Position numbers and translations under genes: made by a program. Under the pieces are notes generated by a model that saw only the letters and a program-made list of their open reading frames with translations, was not told the origin of the DNA and searched no databases. A stretch of DNA of 64,000 nt from Eledone cirrhosa (taxonomy: Eukaryota). Each line of letters starts with the position of its first letter. Within the stretch, counting starts at the first letter, position 1. Of the stretch, positions 43,995-57,996 are shown piece by piece. The stretch lies in NCBI GenBank assembly GCA_964016885.1, contig OZ024740.1, positions 347,882,001 through 347,946,000 on the forward strand, given 5' to 3'.

Positions 43995-44441
43995 CACACA
44001 TATACATACAGGTACACATACATATATGCACGTATCAGTTTAGCGGACGCTTATTATAACGCCGCTTTGTTCATTTGTAAACAAACTGAACAGCCTGAAT
44101 TTTATGCCGTATGGTGTTAAGGCAACCAAGTCACCTTTTTGTTCAACACTGACACAGGAACGATGTACTAGTTTCAAGCTTGTTAGCTATCATCAGCACC
44201 GTATATCCTTCTTGCAGATAATTGAACGTTCGAAAGTATATACTTTCCTAATGAAAATTAACGGGTGAGCAGCCTAATTTGCATATCGAGTGAGTCAAGT
44301 CGGTCAGGCATCCCGAAAACGATAAGTTGAAATAAAATGAAAACGAAATTTCATTTCTCACTCTTAGTACGGCACTTACTTAAATGTAAGTATGTGTATA
44401 TACGTACATACATATATGTATACAGACGAACAGTAGCATGC

Positions 44442-44472
<31 letters not shown>

Positions 44473-44923
44473 CATATACATACAGGTACACATACATATA
44501 TGCACGTATCAGTTTAGCGGACGCTTATTATAACGCCGCTTTGTTCATTTGTAAACAAACTGAACAGCCTGAATTTTATGCCGTACGGTGTTAAGGCAAC
44601 CACGTCACCTTTTTGTTCAACACTGACACAGGAACGATGTACTAGTTTCAAGCTTGTTAGCTATCATCAGCACCGTATATCCTTCTGCCAGATAATTGAA
44701 CGTCCGAAAGTATATACTTTCCTAATGAAAATTAACGGCTGAGCAGCCTAATTTGCATATCGAGTGAGTCAAGTCGGTCAGGCATACCGAAAACGATAAG
44801 TTGAAATAAAATGAAAACGAAATTTCATTTCTCACTCTTAGTACGGCACTTACTTAAATGTAAGTATGTGTGTATACGTACATACATATATGTATACAGA
44901 CGTACAGTAGCATGCATATATAT

Positions 44924-44980
<57 letters not shown>

Positions 44981-45333
44981 CACACATATACATACAGGTA
45001 CACATACATATATGCACGTATCAGTTTAGCGGACGCTTATTATAACGCCGCTTTGTTCATTTGTAAACAAACTGAACAGCCTGAATTTTATGCCGTATGG
45101 TGTTAAGGCAACCACGTCACCTTTTTGTTCAACACTGACACAGGAACGATGTATTAGTTTCAAGCTTGTTAGCTATCATCAGCACCGTATACCCTTCTGC
45201 CAGATAATTGAACGTTCGAAAGTATATACTTTCCTAATGAAAATTAACGGGTGAGCAGCCTAATTTGCATATCGAGTGAGTCAAGTCGGTCAGGCATCCC
45301 GAAAACGATAAGTTGAAATAAAATGAAAACGAA
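41199..45333. repeat. Tandem/inverted array of a ~470-540 bp non-coding HHR-bearing unit (family A, retrozyme-like)
   Basis: Seven HHRs CGGTG-CTGATGA-(T)AGCT/AGCT(T)-GAAA-CTAG-TA-CATCG at 41463(-), 42040(+), 42500(+), 43621(-), 44161(-), 44635(-) and 45147(-). Each unit has a variable (TA)n. Block ~41872-42907 is inverted. Confidence 0.9.
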
Positions 45334-45478
45334 AGGAGGAAAATACCCCTGAGCCGTGTATAAACTAATATATATGATGAAACACAGATACCAACACATC
45401 TGTATATATATTGCAAAAGAAAATTTCTTTTGCAATATATATACATATGTGTTGGTATCTGTGTTTCATCATATATAT

Positions 45479-45487
<9 letters not shown>
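45334..45487. repeat. Family B fragment folded back as a ~130 bp hairpin
   Basis: Matches 16090-16180. Palindrome 45359-45487 centred at 45423. Confidence 0.8.
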
Positions 45488-45565
<78 letters not shown>

Positions 45566-45614
45566 CAATGTATTTCTAAGCATGTATTTCCTTTATATAC
45601 ATATATGTATATAA

Positions 45615-45827
45615 AGGAACGATCGACTTTCGTCAAATCGGACCGAAGGAACAATGTTTCCGTTGGTCTTTCCAATTGCTAATACTATCTATCGGTCGCA
45701 ACTCCAGGTAGAAGGAGCAACGTGAAATAAAGTGTCTTGCTCAAGGACATAACGCATCGCCTGGTCCAGGAATCAAACTCACAACCTTACGATTGCGAAT
45801 CCAATTCTCTAACCACTCAGTCACACG

Positions 45828-45829
<2 letters not shown>
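45615..45829 (-). mobile_element. tRNA-derived CORE-like SINE
   Basis: Reverse complement of the 6668-6880 family. Confidence 0.85.
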
Positions 45830-45891
<62 letters not shown>

Positions 45892-45942
45892 ATGTATGTA
45901 TATTATATATATATATGTATATCTATGTATATATATATATAT

Positions 45943-46718
45943 ATAAATTAATATATGATAAACATTTACATGTTTTAGTTGCAATTGACTAATAAAATAG
46001 TTAAAATGAAATATCTTAATTCAAATACATATAGTTTGCCTGTACGATCTAAAAAATAATAAATCAATACTCACAAACCTATATGGGCAAAAGGCCTTGG
46101 TACCTAGACACGTTTAAATTTCAAAATACAAACTTTTTCCGCAGATCGGTCAGAACTTCAAACTTTAAACATGTTTCACAAAGGATGGTATAATAGTGAA
46201 ATAATTAATTAATTAGTAGTGAGTTAATTAATTTTCTGTGTTTATCAATAGGTACACAGATAAATTAAGTAACTTCACCTCAGAAAAATATCTAAGGTCT
46301 GGTTAACGTAGCGAAAATATACAAGGTTTTGCACACGACTTATTCCAGTCCTCTAACCTCCCACACATAGTGCTAGAAATAACAGCCGTTTATATGGGAT
46401 TACAACTTTAGCTCGACTGAGGGAGCAGTAATATAATATAACTTAGAGTTTACACTCAATGGGGTCATTTACAATTATTTCAGCTCTAAGAATCGCTTCT
46501 GAGCAGTATAAATTAATATATGATAAACATTTACATGTTTTAGTTGCAATTGACTAATAAAATAGTTAGAATGAAATATCTTAATTCAAATACATATAGT
46601 TTGCCTGTACGATCTAAAAAATAAAAAATCAATACTCACTCATTAATTTATACTGCTCAGAAGCGATTCTTAGAGCTGAAATAATTGTAAATGACCCCAT
46701 TGAGTGTAAACTCTAAGT

Positions 46719-46728
<10 letters not shown>
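45943..46728. mobile_element. Family B-related unit (~565 bp) with partial direct repeat and inverted piece
   Basis: 45943-46073 is repeated at ~46507-46638, and 46643-46728 is the inverse of 46428-46515. GTGCTAGAAATAACAGCC motif. Decayed HHR (GAAA-CATG-TT) at ~46165-46250 on the minus strand. Confidence 0.7.
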
Positions 46729-47772
<1,044 letters not shown>

Positions 47773-47779
47773 TAGGAGG

Positions 47780-48516
47780 TGAGTTTTATTGTAGCACAAT
47801 AAAGCAAAGCAAATATCGGATAAGTAACACTCTACAGTTTGTAGGACTGGAGTATAAATAATATCAGATCAAAAGATGGTTAAAAGAGTTCCAAGTATTT
47901 TATTATGCGCATTTCAAAATCAAATATCATCATGGGATGATATCTGCGTTTTTATCAGATAAAATAGGGATACATGATATGAAGCTTAAAAACCAGTTGT
48001 GAATAGTGAAGTTTTAAATCAACATATGTTGATTTAATGTGTGTGTGTGTGTGTGGAAATAAACACAGAGAATTCTGCGTCTAAAATTACGAGGGTAGAT
48101 ATACCACAAATGTCTTATATATTAAATCTGAATCATACAGTGAGATATATAATTTATAAAGACCGTATCAATAACTATATTTCATCTCTCAGACAGATTA
48201 GAGATTTAATCTGTTTCGTCCTGAAAATTATTTTTGTAACAGATAATCCGTAGGCTATTCGTCAGCGAGATATTAGATCAAATGAAACAAAACACATCTA
48301 ACAAGAACTCACAGGCGTAAAATACACCTCGCGTGTTATAAGTTATACGTGGTATGAGTGGTCGTGCTAGAAATAACACCCTTATTACACTCAACTTATA
48401 AGCTCACGTAGATAGAGAGGCGAAATACAAATAAAATACAGAGTTATTAACTCATATTGATACCCTGTAATCATAGGGTATCAATATGAGTTAATAACTC
48501 TGTATTTTATTTGTAT
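47780..48516. mobile_element. Family B-related unit with terminal 43 bp foldback
   Basis: GTGCTAGAAATAACACCC motif. Decayed minus-strand HHRs at ~47900-47940 and ~48205-48270. Arms 48425-48467 and 48474-48516. Confidence 0.55.
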
Positions 48517-48567
48517 ATATGTGTGTATATTATATATATGTATATTATATATATATGTATATATATA

Positions 48568-48679
<112 letters not shown>

Positions 48680-48681
48680 AG

Positions 48682-48712
<31 letters not shown>

Positions 48713-49343
48713 AGTATATTATATATATATATAAGTATATTATATATATATATATATGTATGTATATATATATATCTATATATTATTGATTTTTTTAGTT
48801 TCTTCTATTGACTGTTGAATAGCTCTGTTATATTTAACCATTCTGTCGAGAGCTTTATTCGATTTGTGATATTTTGCATTCTCGCAATATTATACACAAC
48901 TGAATCATTCGCCTAATATAAGTGTTGCTTCCCTTGCTGAACTCCACGTGGGGTCAGTAATAGCCACACTTATGTATAGCATTTTGGAGCAAAAACCCGT
49001 TGATAACACGGCTTCCTTGTTCAATCATCTTACCAGAAGCCCAACATTCTTTATGTAGGCGGACAGTACCTGATTTTGGAGTCGCAGAAACCAAATACTG
49101 GATTTTACCAACAGTCCAGGGTCCGGGTAAATTATCAACACATATTTTTATTGTTTGACCCGAATTACTTGGTCGTTTGTTTTGGCTGTGCGGATGATAT
49201 GTTTAACCATCATCTCAGTGTGTTTGGCCCTTAACGTATGTTGTAGCTCTGATTCACATGAATCATCGAGCGCTTGCCACACATATCGGACGTTGATTTT
49301 CGTTAATTCCTGAGATGAAATACGATTCTCGCTAATTTATATT

Positions 49344-49411
<68 letters not shown>

Positions 49412-49461
49412 GTATATTATATATATATAGTTGTTATATATGCCTTCGGATTTTCATTTTG

Positions 49462-49648
<187 letters not shown>

Positions 49649-49649
49649 T

Positions 49650-49684
<35 letters not shown>

Positions 49685-49771
49685 GTATATTATATATATA
49701 ATATACATATGTATATATATATATATCATATATATATATATATATATATAATATACATATGTATATATATA

Positions 49772-49820
<49 letters not shown>

Positions 49821-49823
49821 TAT

Positions 49824-50280
49824 GTAGATAAATCTACCAAAAGTTTACGGTAGTGTCCAATCCGTATGAAGAACTCAATGTAATCCGGATATCATGGAAA
49901 GAAGAGAAGCATTCAAAAATCACTTTCGGTGAAAGATAAACGGAATACAGAGTCAAGATAAAATATTTAAAAAATAATGAATAAAACAAAGAAACAGTTC
50001 CTTATATTAAACAAAAAAAAACAAAAACAAAAAAAAAAAGTTCATTATTTAACGATCGTTTCTAGGACATATATGTGTTAGAATTGGCATGCATATTCAA
50101 AAGATCTATGTACAAAATTATACAAACTATCAAGGAGAATATACATACCATCACATATATATGCTGTCTTCAGAAATAATGAAGTATATTTATTCATAAT
50201 AACAACAATTCAAAATTACAGGTCTGTTTTAAATAGACCAATGAAATACATAAAAATTCATCAAGAAAATACAGTTAGGT
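49824..50280 (-). mobile_element. Non-folded copy of family D
   Basis: Homologous to 46787-47125. HHR at 50047-50177 (-). Confidence 0.8.
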
Positions 50281-50685
50281 GTGTGTATATATGCAAGTAA
50301 ATTCGTTCACAGATATGCATAAAAATGTATGTTCACATGCATACGCATGTCGAAAAAGTGTATGTAAATATAAAAATTTAGGGCTAATGTATCTATATGT
50401 TTATAATCTACAGACAAAATATACATACATACACATATATATATATACATACATATATACACACATATACATACATTCATACACACACGCGCATATATCC
50501 ACAAACACACACATACCTATATAAATATATATATAATATACATATATATATGTATATATATATTATACACATATATATATATATATTCATTAGTTAAACA
50601 AAAACAAGACCACACATTTCACAAGGAAGACATTATTAAAAGATTGTCAACATAGTTTTAGTTTAATGTAAGGAATGTAGAGAAT

Positions 50686-50783
50686 AATAATTGTTTGTAC
50701 TTTTGGCACAAGGCCAGCAATTAGCCAGTGCATTACTGGTACTTCATTTTATCGACCCCGTAGGGATGAAAGGCAAAGTCAAC
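50686..50783 (-). mobile_element. 3' half of an OR-like SINE
   Basis: GGCACAAGGCCAGCAATT..GGATGAAAGGCAAAGTCAAC. Confidence 0.8.
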
Positions 50784-51010
50784 TGAAGAATTAATAAATT
50801 AAATAATCAAAGCAATATATCATAAATAATGTCCATAGAATCATTAGATAAAATATATACACTCCTTCCTCTCCCAATTAGCATAATTAACCATATAAAA
50901 AATCAATTAGACCAGGCTATAAGAATAAAGGGTCATATGAAGAAATATTTGATAAATAACCGAAAGCAGCCTCTAGGCGGCTGACTGCAATAGAATATTT
51001 ACCCAACATA
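50784..51010. mobile_element. Family C fragment
   Basis: Homologous to 55450-55655. Confidence 0.7.
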
Positions 51011-51024
51011 TGTATATAAATATG

Positions 51025-51081
<57 letters not shown>

Positions 51082-51590
51082 CATATATATATATTGTTAT
51101 ACTTTGGGAGGGTCATGTTGCCAATAAGAAACACACGCACCAGTTGCTTTCACTTCAATTTAATTTAATATATATTTATAAATTTACAAATTTATAAATT
51201 TCTGGTTGGTTGGTTGGTTCCACAACCAGATAGTTGTTTATATATATATAGTCATAGTTCTTTCGTCACACACTCTGTGACCTCTTCAGTGACTGGGGAT
51301 TTCTTTCTTCGTTTCTGTGCCTTTCCTTTCTTCTATCCTACGCCATTTTGTTTGTGTGTGGGTTGCGTGCTCAGTTTGCGCATGCGCCACATCCGGGTGT
51401 CTGTGTGTGTTTGTGTTCATTTTTCTATTTTTCTATTTATATTTGTTTGTTTATTTATTTATTTATTGTTGGTTGGTTGTTTGTTCTATGTGTGTGTGTG
51501 TTTTCATTTTGTCTTGTGTGTGTTTTCATTTTGTGTGTGTTTTCAATTGTAAGTTGTTTATATATGTGTGTGTGTGTTTTCATTTTGTCC

Positions 51591-53103
51591 TTAATTGTAA
51601 GTTGTGATGTTGCTGTTCCACTCATATTTTCTATTTAATTTTGGTTTTAATTCTTTTATGCTTACTGCCTCTGTAATTTGCCTAAACATTGCGTCTTTCT
51701 TGTGTGTGGATTCTATTTTTATTTCTATGCTCTCTAATTTACCCCTGTGTTCTATCTTAGCATGTTGGTAGAGCACAGATGATTCTTTACTATCTTGGAG
51801 GTCTCGCCAGTGTTCATTTATTCGTTCCCCTATACTACGAGCTGTCTCACCTATGTACACTATATTTTTGTTTCTACATTGTCCCTCAGTACATCTTATG
51901 CTATATACTACATTTCTAGTTTTACAGTTAATATGGGGGCTTATTTTACAGGTTATACATTTCTTATCTATACATGAGGGTCTTTGGAACGGGTATGTCT
52001 TGCTAATAAGTGTTTTTACGGAGGTACCAGGTCTTTCTACTATCTTAATATTGAGATTATGTTTCTTTAGGGCCCTTCTAAATTTGTAGGCTAGTTCACC
52101 TCTAGGGGTTGTATTGATGAACATTACACTCTGGTATTTATTGCTATCATACCATGAGTTTATTCTATTGGCCTTGTTCTTAGTTCTTTCTATTCTATTC
52201 CAAAATTTGCTCCTATACAAGGGGCAGGTCCCATTTATGTCATTATTTACCATTTTTTCCCATTTGGTTCTGGCTCCTTTATACACTCTGATTCTATCTC
52301 TCTGATTGTAGCCAGAGAACTGCATACGGTGGATGAAGTGTTGTATGTGTCTCTCTAGTTCTTCGGGGTTGCACATGCGGGACACATTTCTCATCACCCG
52401 TATCAAATCCGCAATCAGTATGTTGATTTTGGTATGGTCCGAAATGGCCGAGTTTCGGTGGATCAGATGTTTGGAAGTCATGGGTTTGGCATAATGGGAA
52501 TGGAGGATTTGTTTTTGGTTGTTAATAGTATCTAACCAGAGCTCTGTGTCTAGTACAGGTAATCGATGGTTGGGGTGTCTACTTGGGTAGTCTATAGTAA
52601 CTCTAATGCTCTGGTGGATGGAGTTTGCTATTTGCTGGATGCTTTCCATTGTGTTTTTCTCAGGTTCCTGACTGTTCTTTAGTGGGGGTGTCTTAACTAC
52701 GATGTTTATATCATCTACGTAGCGGGAGTACATTATCAGGGTTAATCTGTCTTCTAATTGTTCTTTAAGTTTTTGTTTAAGTCTACTGTCCCACCATACC
52801 ATGAACAAGTTAGCTATGTCGCCTGCAATGCTAACACCAATGGCTGCTCCTTCCTCTTGGGCATATGTTTTACCATTAAATTTGAACATATGTTCCTTAA
52901 GGGTTAATTTTATGCTGGCCCCTACCGCATGTGCAATCATTTTCTTCAGTTCATCGTGGTTTTCGGGTGTCCGTATGGCTCTGGTCCACCCGTTCCATCT
53001 ATCTGTGTGGGTTTTCTTGGCCATTGAGGTAATGGTAGGTGGTCTGCCTCTTGCTGGTCTTGTAGGGCACAGGTTGCTAAGGTCCTTAGCAACCTGTGCC
53101 CTA
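51591..53103 (-). pseudogene. 5'-truncated but open PLE RT-GIY-YIG ORF (left arm)
   Basis: QEEGAAIG, YSRYVDD, LPVLD, HYAKP, CIDKKCITC linker, NVVYSIRC..C..YIGETARS..RINEH..LYQH. Confidence 0.9.
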
Positions 53104-53109
53104 CATATA

Positions 53110-54390
53110 AAACATATGCCCAAGAGGAAGGAGCAGCCATTGGTGTTAGCATTGCAGGCGACATAGCTAACTTGTTCATGGTATGGTGGGACAGTAGACT
53201 TAAACAAAAACTTAAAGAACAATTAGAAGACAGATTAACCCTGATAATGTACTCCCGCTACGTAGATGATATAAACATCGTAGTTAAGACACCCCCACTA
53301 AAGAACAGTCAGGAACCTGAGAAAAACACAATGGAAAGCATCCAGCAAATAGCAAACTCCATCCACCAGAGCATTAGAGTTACTATAGACTACCCAAGTA
53401 GACACCCCAACCATCGATTACCTGTACTAGACACAGAGCTCTGGTTAGATACTATTAACAACCAAAAACAAATCCTCCCATTCCCATTATGCCAAACCCA
53501 TGACTTCCAAACATCTGATCCACCGAAACTCGGCCATTTCGGACCATACCAAAATCAACATACTGATTGCGGATTTGATACGGGTGATGAGAAATGTGTC
53601 CCGCATGTGCAACCCCGAAGAACTAGAGAGACACATACAACACTTCATCCACCGTATGCAGTTCTCTGGCTACAATCAGAGAGATAGAATCAGAGTGTAT
53701 AAAGGAGCCAGAACCAAATGGGAAAAAATGGTAAATAATGACATAAATGGGACCTGCCCCTTGTATAGGAGCAAATTTTGGAATAGAATAGAAAGAACTA
53801 AGAACAAGGCCAATAGAATAAACTCATGGTATGATAGCAATAAATACCAGAGTGTAATGTTCATCAATACAACCCCTAGAGGTGAACTAGCCTACAAATT
53901 TAGAAGGGCCCTAAAGAAACATAACCTCAATATTAAGATAGTAGAAAGACCTGGTACCTCCGTAAAAACACTTATTAGCAAGACATACCCGTTCCAAAGA
54001 CCCTCATGTATAGATAAGAAATGTATAACCTGTAAAATAAGCCCCCATATTAACTGTAAAACTAGAAATGTAGTATATAGCATAAGATGTACTGAGGGAC
54101 AATGTAGAAACAAAAATATAGTGTACATAGGTGAGACAGCTCGTAGTATAGGGGAACGAATAAATGAACACTGGCGAGACCTCCAAGATAGTAAAGAATC
54201 ATCTGTGCTCTACCAACATGCTAAGATAGAACACAGGGGTAAATTAGAGAGCATAGAAATAAAAATAGAATCCACACACAAGAAAGACGCAATGTTTAGG
54301 CAAATTACAGAGGCAGTAAGCATAAAAGAATTAAAACCAAAATTAAATAGAAAATATGAGTGGAACAGCAACATCACAACTTACAATTAA
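53110..54390 (+). pseudogene. Same ORF in the right arm, with a +1 C frameshift at ~53478
   Basis: ATCCTCCCATTCCC versus ATCCTCCATTCCC in the left arm, which splits it into ORFs 53172-53687 and 53500-54390. Confidence 0.9.
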
Positions 54391-54943
54391 GGACAAAATG
54401 AAAACACACACACACATATATAAACAACTTACAATTGAAAACACACACAAAATGAAAACACACACAAGACAAAATGAAAACACACACACACATAGAACAA
54501 ACAACCAACCAACAATAAATAAATAAATAAACAAACAAATATAAATAGAAAAATAGAAAAATGAACACAAACACACACAGACACCCGGATGTGGCGCATG
54601 CGCAAACTGAGCACGCAACCCACACACAAACAAAATGGCGTAGGATAGAAGAAAGGAAAGGCACAGAAACGAAGAAAGAAATCCCCAGTCACTGAAGAGG
54701 TCACAGAGTGTGTGACGAAAGAACTATGACTATATATATATAAACAACTATCTGGTTGTGGAACCAACCAACCAACCAGAAATTTATAAATTTGTAAATT
54801 TATAAATATATATTAAATTAAATTGAAGTGAAAGCAACTGGTGCGTGTGTTTCTTATTGGCAACATGACCCTCCCAAAGTATAACAATATCGGTTTCAAC
54901 ACACGATTTCAGATAAAGAATCTTGCTAAACAAATTCAGAAAC

Positions 54944-54992
<49 letters not shown>

Positions 54993-54996
54993 ATAT

Positions 54997-55034
<38 letters not shown>

Positions 55035-55160
55035 ACTTTGATAACTTTGATAACTTTGATAGGTTTTGGCCAGTATTGACCCACGCCATGTCGAACTTAA
55101 TAGCACCACCTGGCGAGGTCTTACAAATCAGTGTTTGGGCACCATGGCCCACTCGAGCAG

Positions 55161-55246
<86 letters not shown>

Positions 55247-55262
55247 GTATATATGTGTATAT

Positions 55263-55401
<139 letters not shown>

Positions 55402-55410
55402 TACATATAC

Positions 55411-56242
55411 GTGTTTTGCAACGGGTCACTTTGTGGCTCAATGTAAAGTTAATAACTTAAATAATCAGAGCCATATATCATAAAACATGTCTATAGAATC
55501 ACCAGATAAAATATATACCATTTCCTCTCCCAATTAGCATAATTAACTATATAAAAAATCGAATAGACCAGGCTATAAGAATAAGGCTTCTATGAAGAAA
55601 TCTCCAACAAATAACCGAAACTAGCCCTTCGCGTTGGCTACGACGGAATATTTATCGAATATTTCGACAGCGTAATCGCCCAGATACAGTCAATTAAACA
55701 GAATTAGGTGTAAAATAAACTAGGAGAAAAGAGAATACATTTATTTACCTCTACCATGGTTTCGTCCGCATTTTGAGATTTCCAATATCTTCGGAAATTC
55801 GAGCATCGGACTCTTCAGGAGTTTGCTCTAATCTAGACAATAAATTTTCCAAAGTGATCGCGCCAAGAATACATTCAAAAATGGCTAAGAATCGTGACGT
55901 AGCAGCGGTCAGGTTGGAAGGAGTGTGGTAGTTACTTATGGCTGGTGGCTTTTTGCTAGAAAGCACAGCACAATACAGCCAAATTTGTATCTCAACCTAA
56001 TGGGAGATTATTACATATAAAGGTTTATATATATATATATATATATAGGAACCAGTAAGACCCCGACAGCTGAGCTCAAGCCGTTTCGACGGCTAATTCT
56101 GGACGCGTCCAGAATTAGCCGTCGAAACGGCTTGAGCTCAGCTGTCGGGGTCTTACTGGTTCCTATTACCCAATCTACTACCTCAAGTATTGAGTACTTT
56201 GGTGCGTTATGGTCCACCTGGTTCCTTATCACATTTCCTTCG

Positions 56243-56281
<39 letters not shown>

Positions 56282-56808
56282 TACATATACGTGTTTTGCA
56301 ACGGGTCACATTGTGGCTCAATGAAAAGTTAAAAAATTAAATAATCAGAGCCATATATCATAAAACATGTCTATAGAATCACCAGATAAAATATATACCA
56401 TTTCCTCTCCCAATTAGCATAATTAACTATATAAAAAAATCGAATAGACCAAGCTATAAGAATAAGGCTTCTATGAAGAAATCTCCAACAAATAACCGAA
56501 ACTAGCCCTTCGCATCGGCTACGACGGAATATTTATCGAATATTTCGACAGCGTAATCGCCCAGATACAGTCAATTAAACAGAATTAGGTGTAAAATAAA
56601 CTAGGAGAAATGAGAATACATTTATTTACCTCTACCATGGTTTCGTCCGTATTTTGAGATTTCCAATATGTTCGGAAATTCGTGCATCGGACTCTTCAGG
56701 AGGTTGCTCTAATCTAGACAATAAACTTTCCAAAGTGATCGCGCCAAGAATACATTAAAAAATGGCTAAGAATCGTGACGTAGCAGCGGTCAGGTTGGAA
56801 GGAGTGTG
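55411..56808 (-). mobile_element. Two tandem non-coding family C units (55411-56015 and 56291-56808), each with an HHR
   Basis: CTC-CTGAAGA-GTCCG..CGGAC-GAAA-CCATGG-TA-GAG at 55749-55821 and 56630-56702, followed by TAAATAAA. Confidence 0.85.
56045..56243 (+). mobile_element. Foldback stub: perfect 122 bp palindrome (56045-56166) plus tail, containing an HHR 3' half
   Basis: Centre GACGCGTC. GTC-GAAA-CGGC..GCTG-TC-GGGG is present but CTGANGA is absent. Confidence 0.75.
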
Positions 56809-56835
56809 ATATATATACATATATATATATATATG

Positions 56836-56931
<96 letters not shown>

Positions 56932-57062
56932 GTGAGGTTTTTTTTACAAAATGAAAAATAACCGAGGTGTCCTACACGAGTGAAAGTATAAAGAAAGAGA
57001 GATGAAATCGAAAATGCAACTGGAGTCTTATTTAAAAAATATATATATATATTTATTTGGTT

Positions 57063-57100
57063 CCTTTACCGGTTTCGCAGTTCTTCTGCTTTTCAAAAGG
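57063..57100 (-). ncRNA. Decayed minimal HHR in a ~200 bp stub (56926-57130)
   Basis: CCTT-TTGAAAA-GCAG/CTGC-GAAA-CCGG-TA-AAGG, then AATAAA. Two core substitutions. Confidence 0.6.
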
Positions 57101-57142
57101 TGAGTTGAGATGGAGGGTCTGTGGTTTTTCATATATATATAT

Positions 57143-57995
57143 AATAATAAATTTGAAGACTAAAATCCAAAGAGGGCTCGATAAGGATAAAAATATATCA
57201 AATATATAAGAACCGTAGAGCAAGTATTTATTAAAATAACAGATTAAAGTTTAAGCAAAGAATCGCTGCTTTCACCCTTAACGGGATCTTCTGAAACTAA
57301 CAAAGTCAATCTGGAAACGCAGAAGTAAATATTTCAAAAAACGTTGCAACAGGAGGAAGACAGGAAGACGATACTTTGGTTCGTGGAAACGTTCCCTGGC
57401 AAAGAACGGGAAAAAAACGAATATAATACGTCATTAATAGGAGCGGTGAAAAACAATTACGCGCAAAGACAGAACCACGTTTATGGTATAAAAGAAATCG
57501 TAGACTAATGTTCTCTTAGGTGGTTCATAGAGACGTTCTCTGGCAATGAACGGAAAAAACGAAGATAATACGTCATATGTGGACCGTGGAGAACAATTGC
57601 ACGCAAAGACAAAACCACGTAAATGGTATAGCTGAAGTCGTAGACTAAAATTCTAACTAGGAAACAGAATGAATCTCCGCTTCAGAGTTAAGAATAAAGT
57701 AGATAAAATACAATACAGAGGTAATAGAAATTAAATAAATGCATACACGCATGAAAATACGTACATACACAAGCATACGCAAAACACTTGCCATAGGTAT
57801 ACAAAACCACGCACATATAAATATGTGTGTGTGTGTGTGTGTTCGTGTATACAAATAAATAAATAATTAAATAAACGTATATAAATAAATTAATACGTAT
57901 ATAACAAGCGCACACACATACCTACATGTAAATACACAAATGTTCGGAGACGTAAGTCAACCAAAACACGAAGTACACATAGACACACACCCTAC
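57143..57995 (-). mobile_element. 3' UTR/terminal repeat copy of the 60-63 kb Hydra-type PLE, including the tail
   Basis: 57226-57990 aligns with 60322-61076 (visibly diverged). Variant HHR at 57249-57297. Confidence 0.85.
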
Positions 57996-57996
57996 A

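Larger units (their letters stand above)
51091..54945. mobile_element. Giant palindromic PLE insertion (Neptune/Nematis-like): two 5'-truncated copies head-to-head
   Basis: Arms 51091-52872 and 53108-54890 (~1.78 kb), 235 bp spacer, 55 nt tail. HHRs at 51251-51293 (-) and 54688-54730 (+): GTCA-CTGAAGA-G-GTCACA/TGTGAC-GAAA-GAAC-TA-TGAC. Confidence 0.95.

Noticed and set aside
41199-45333. CRISPR-like or coding tandem repeat ([10 protein letters not shown].. ORFs)
   Set aside because: There are no unique spacers and no cas genes. The ORF frame depends on the variable TA length.
46371-46388. GCTAGAAATA resemblance to the Cas9 sgRNA scaffold
   Set aside because: Only ~10 nt match and the flanks are unrelated. 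It is a native repeat motif.
53104-53222. N-terminus of the 543 aa ORF (MFFKFLFK..CFIC)
   Set aside because: It is antisense read-through across the inversion junction. The real PLE ORF is 5'-truncated at ~53103.
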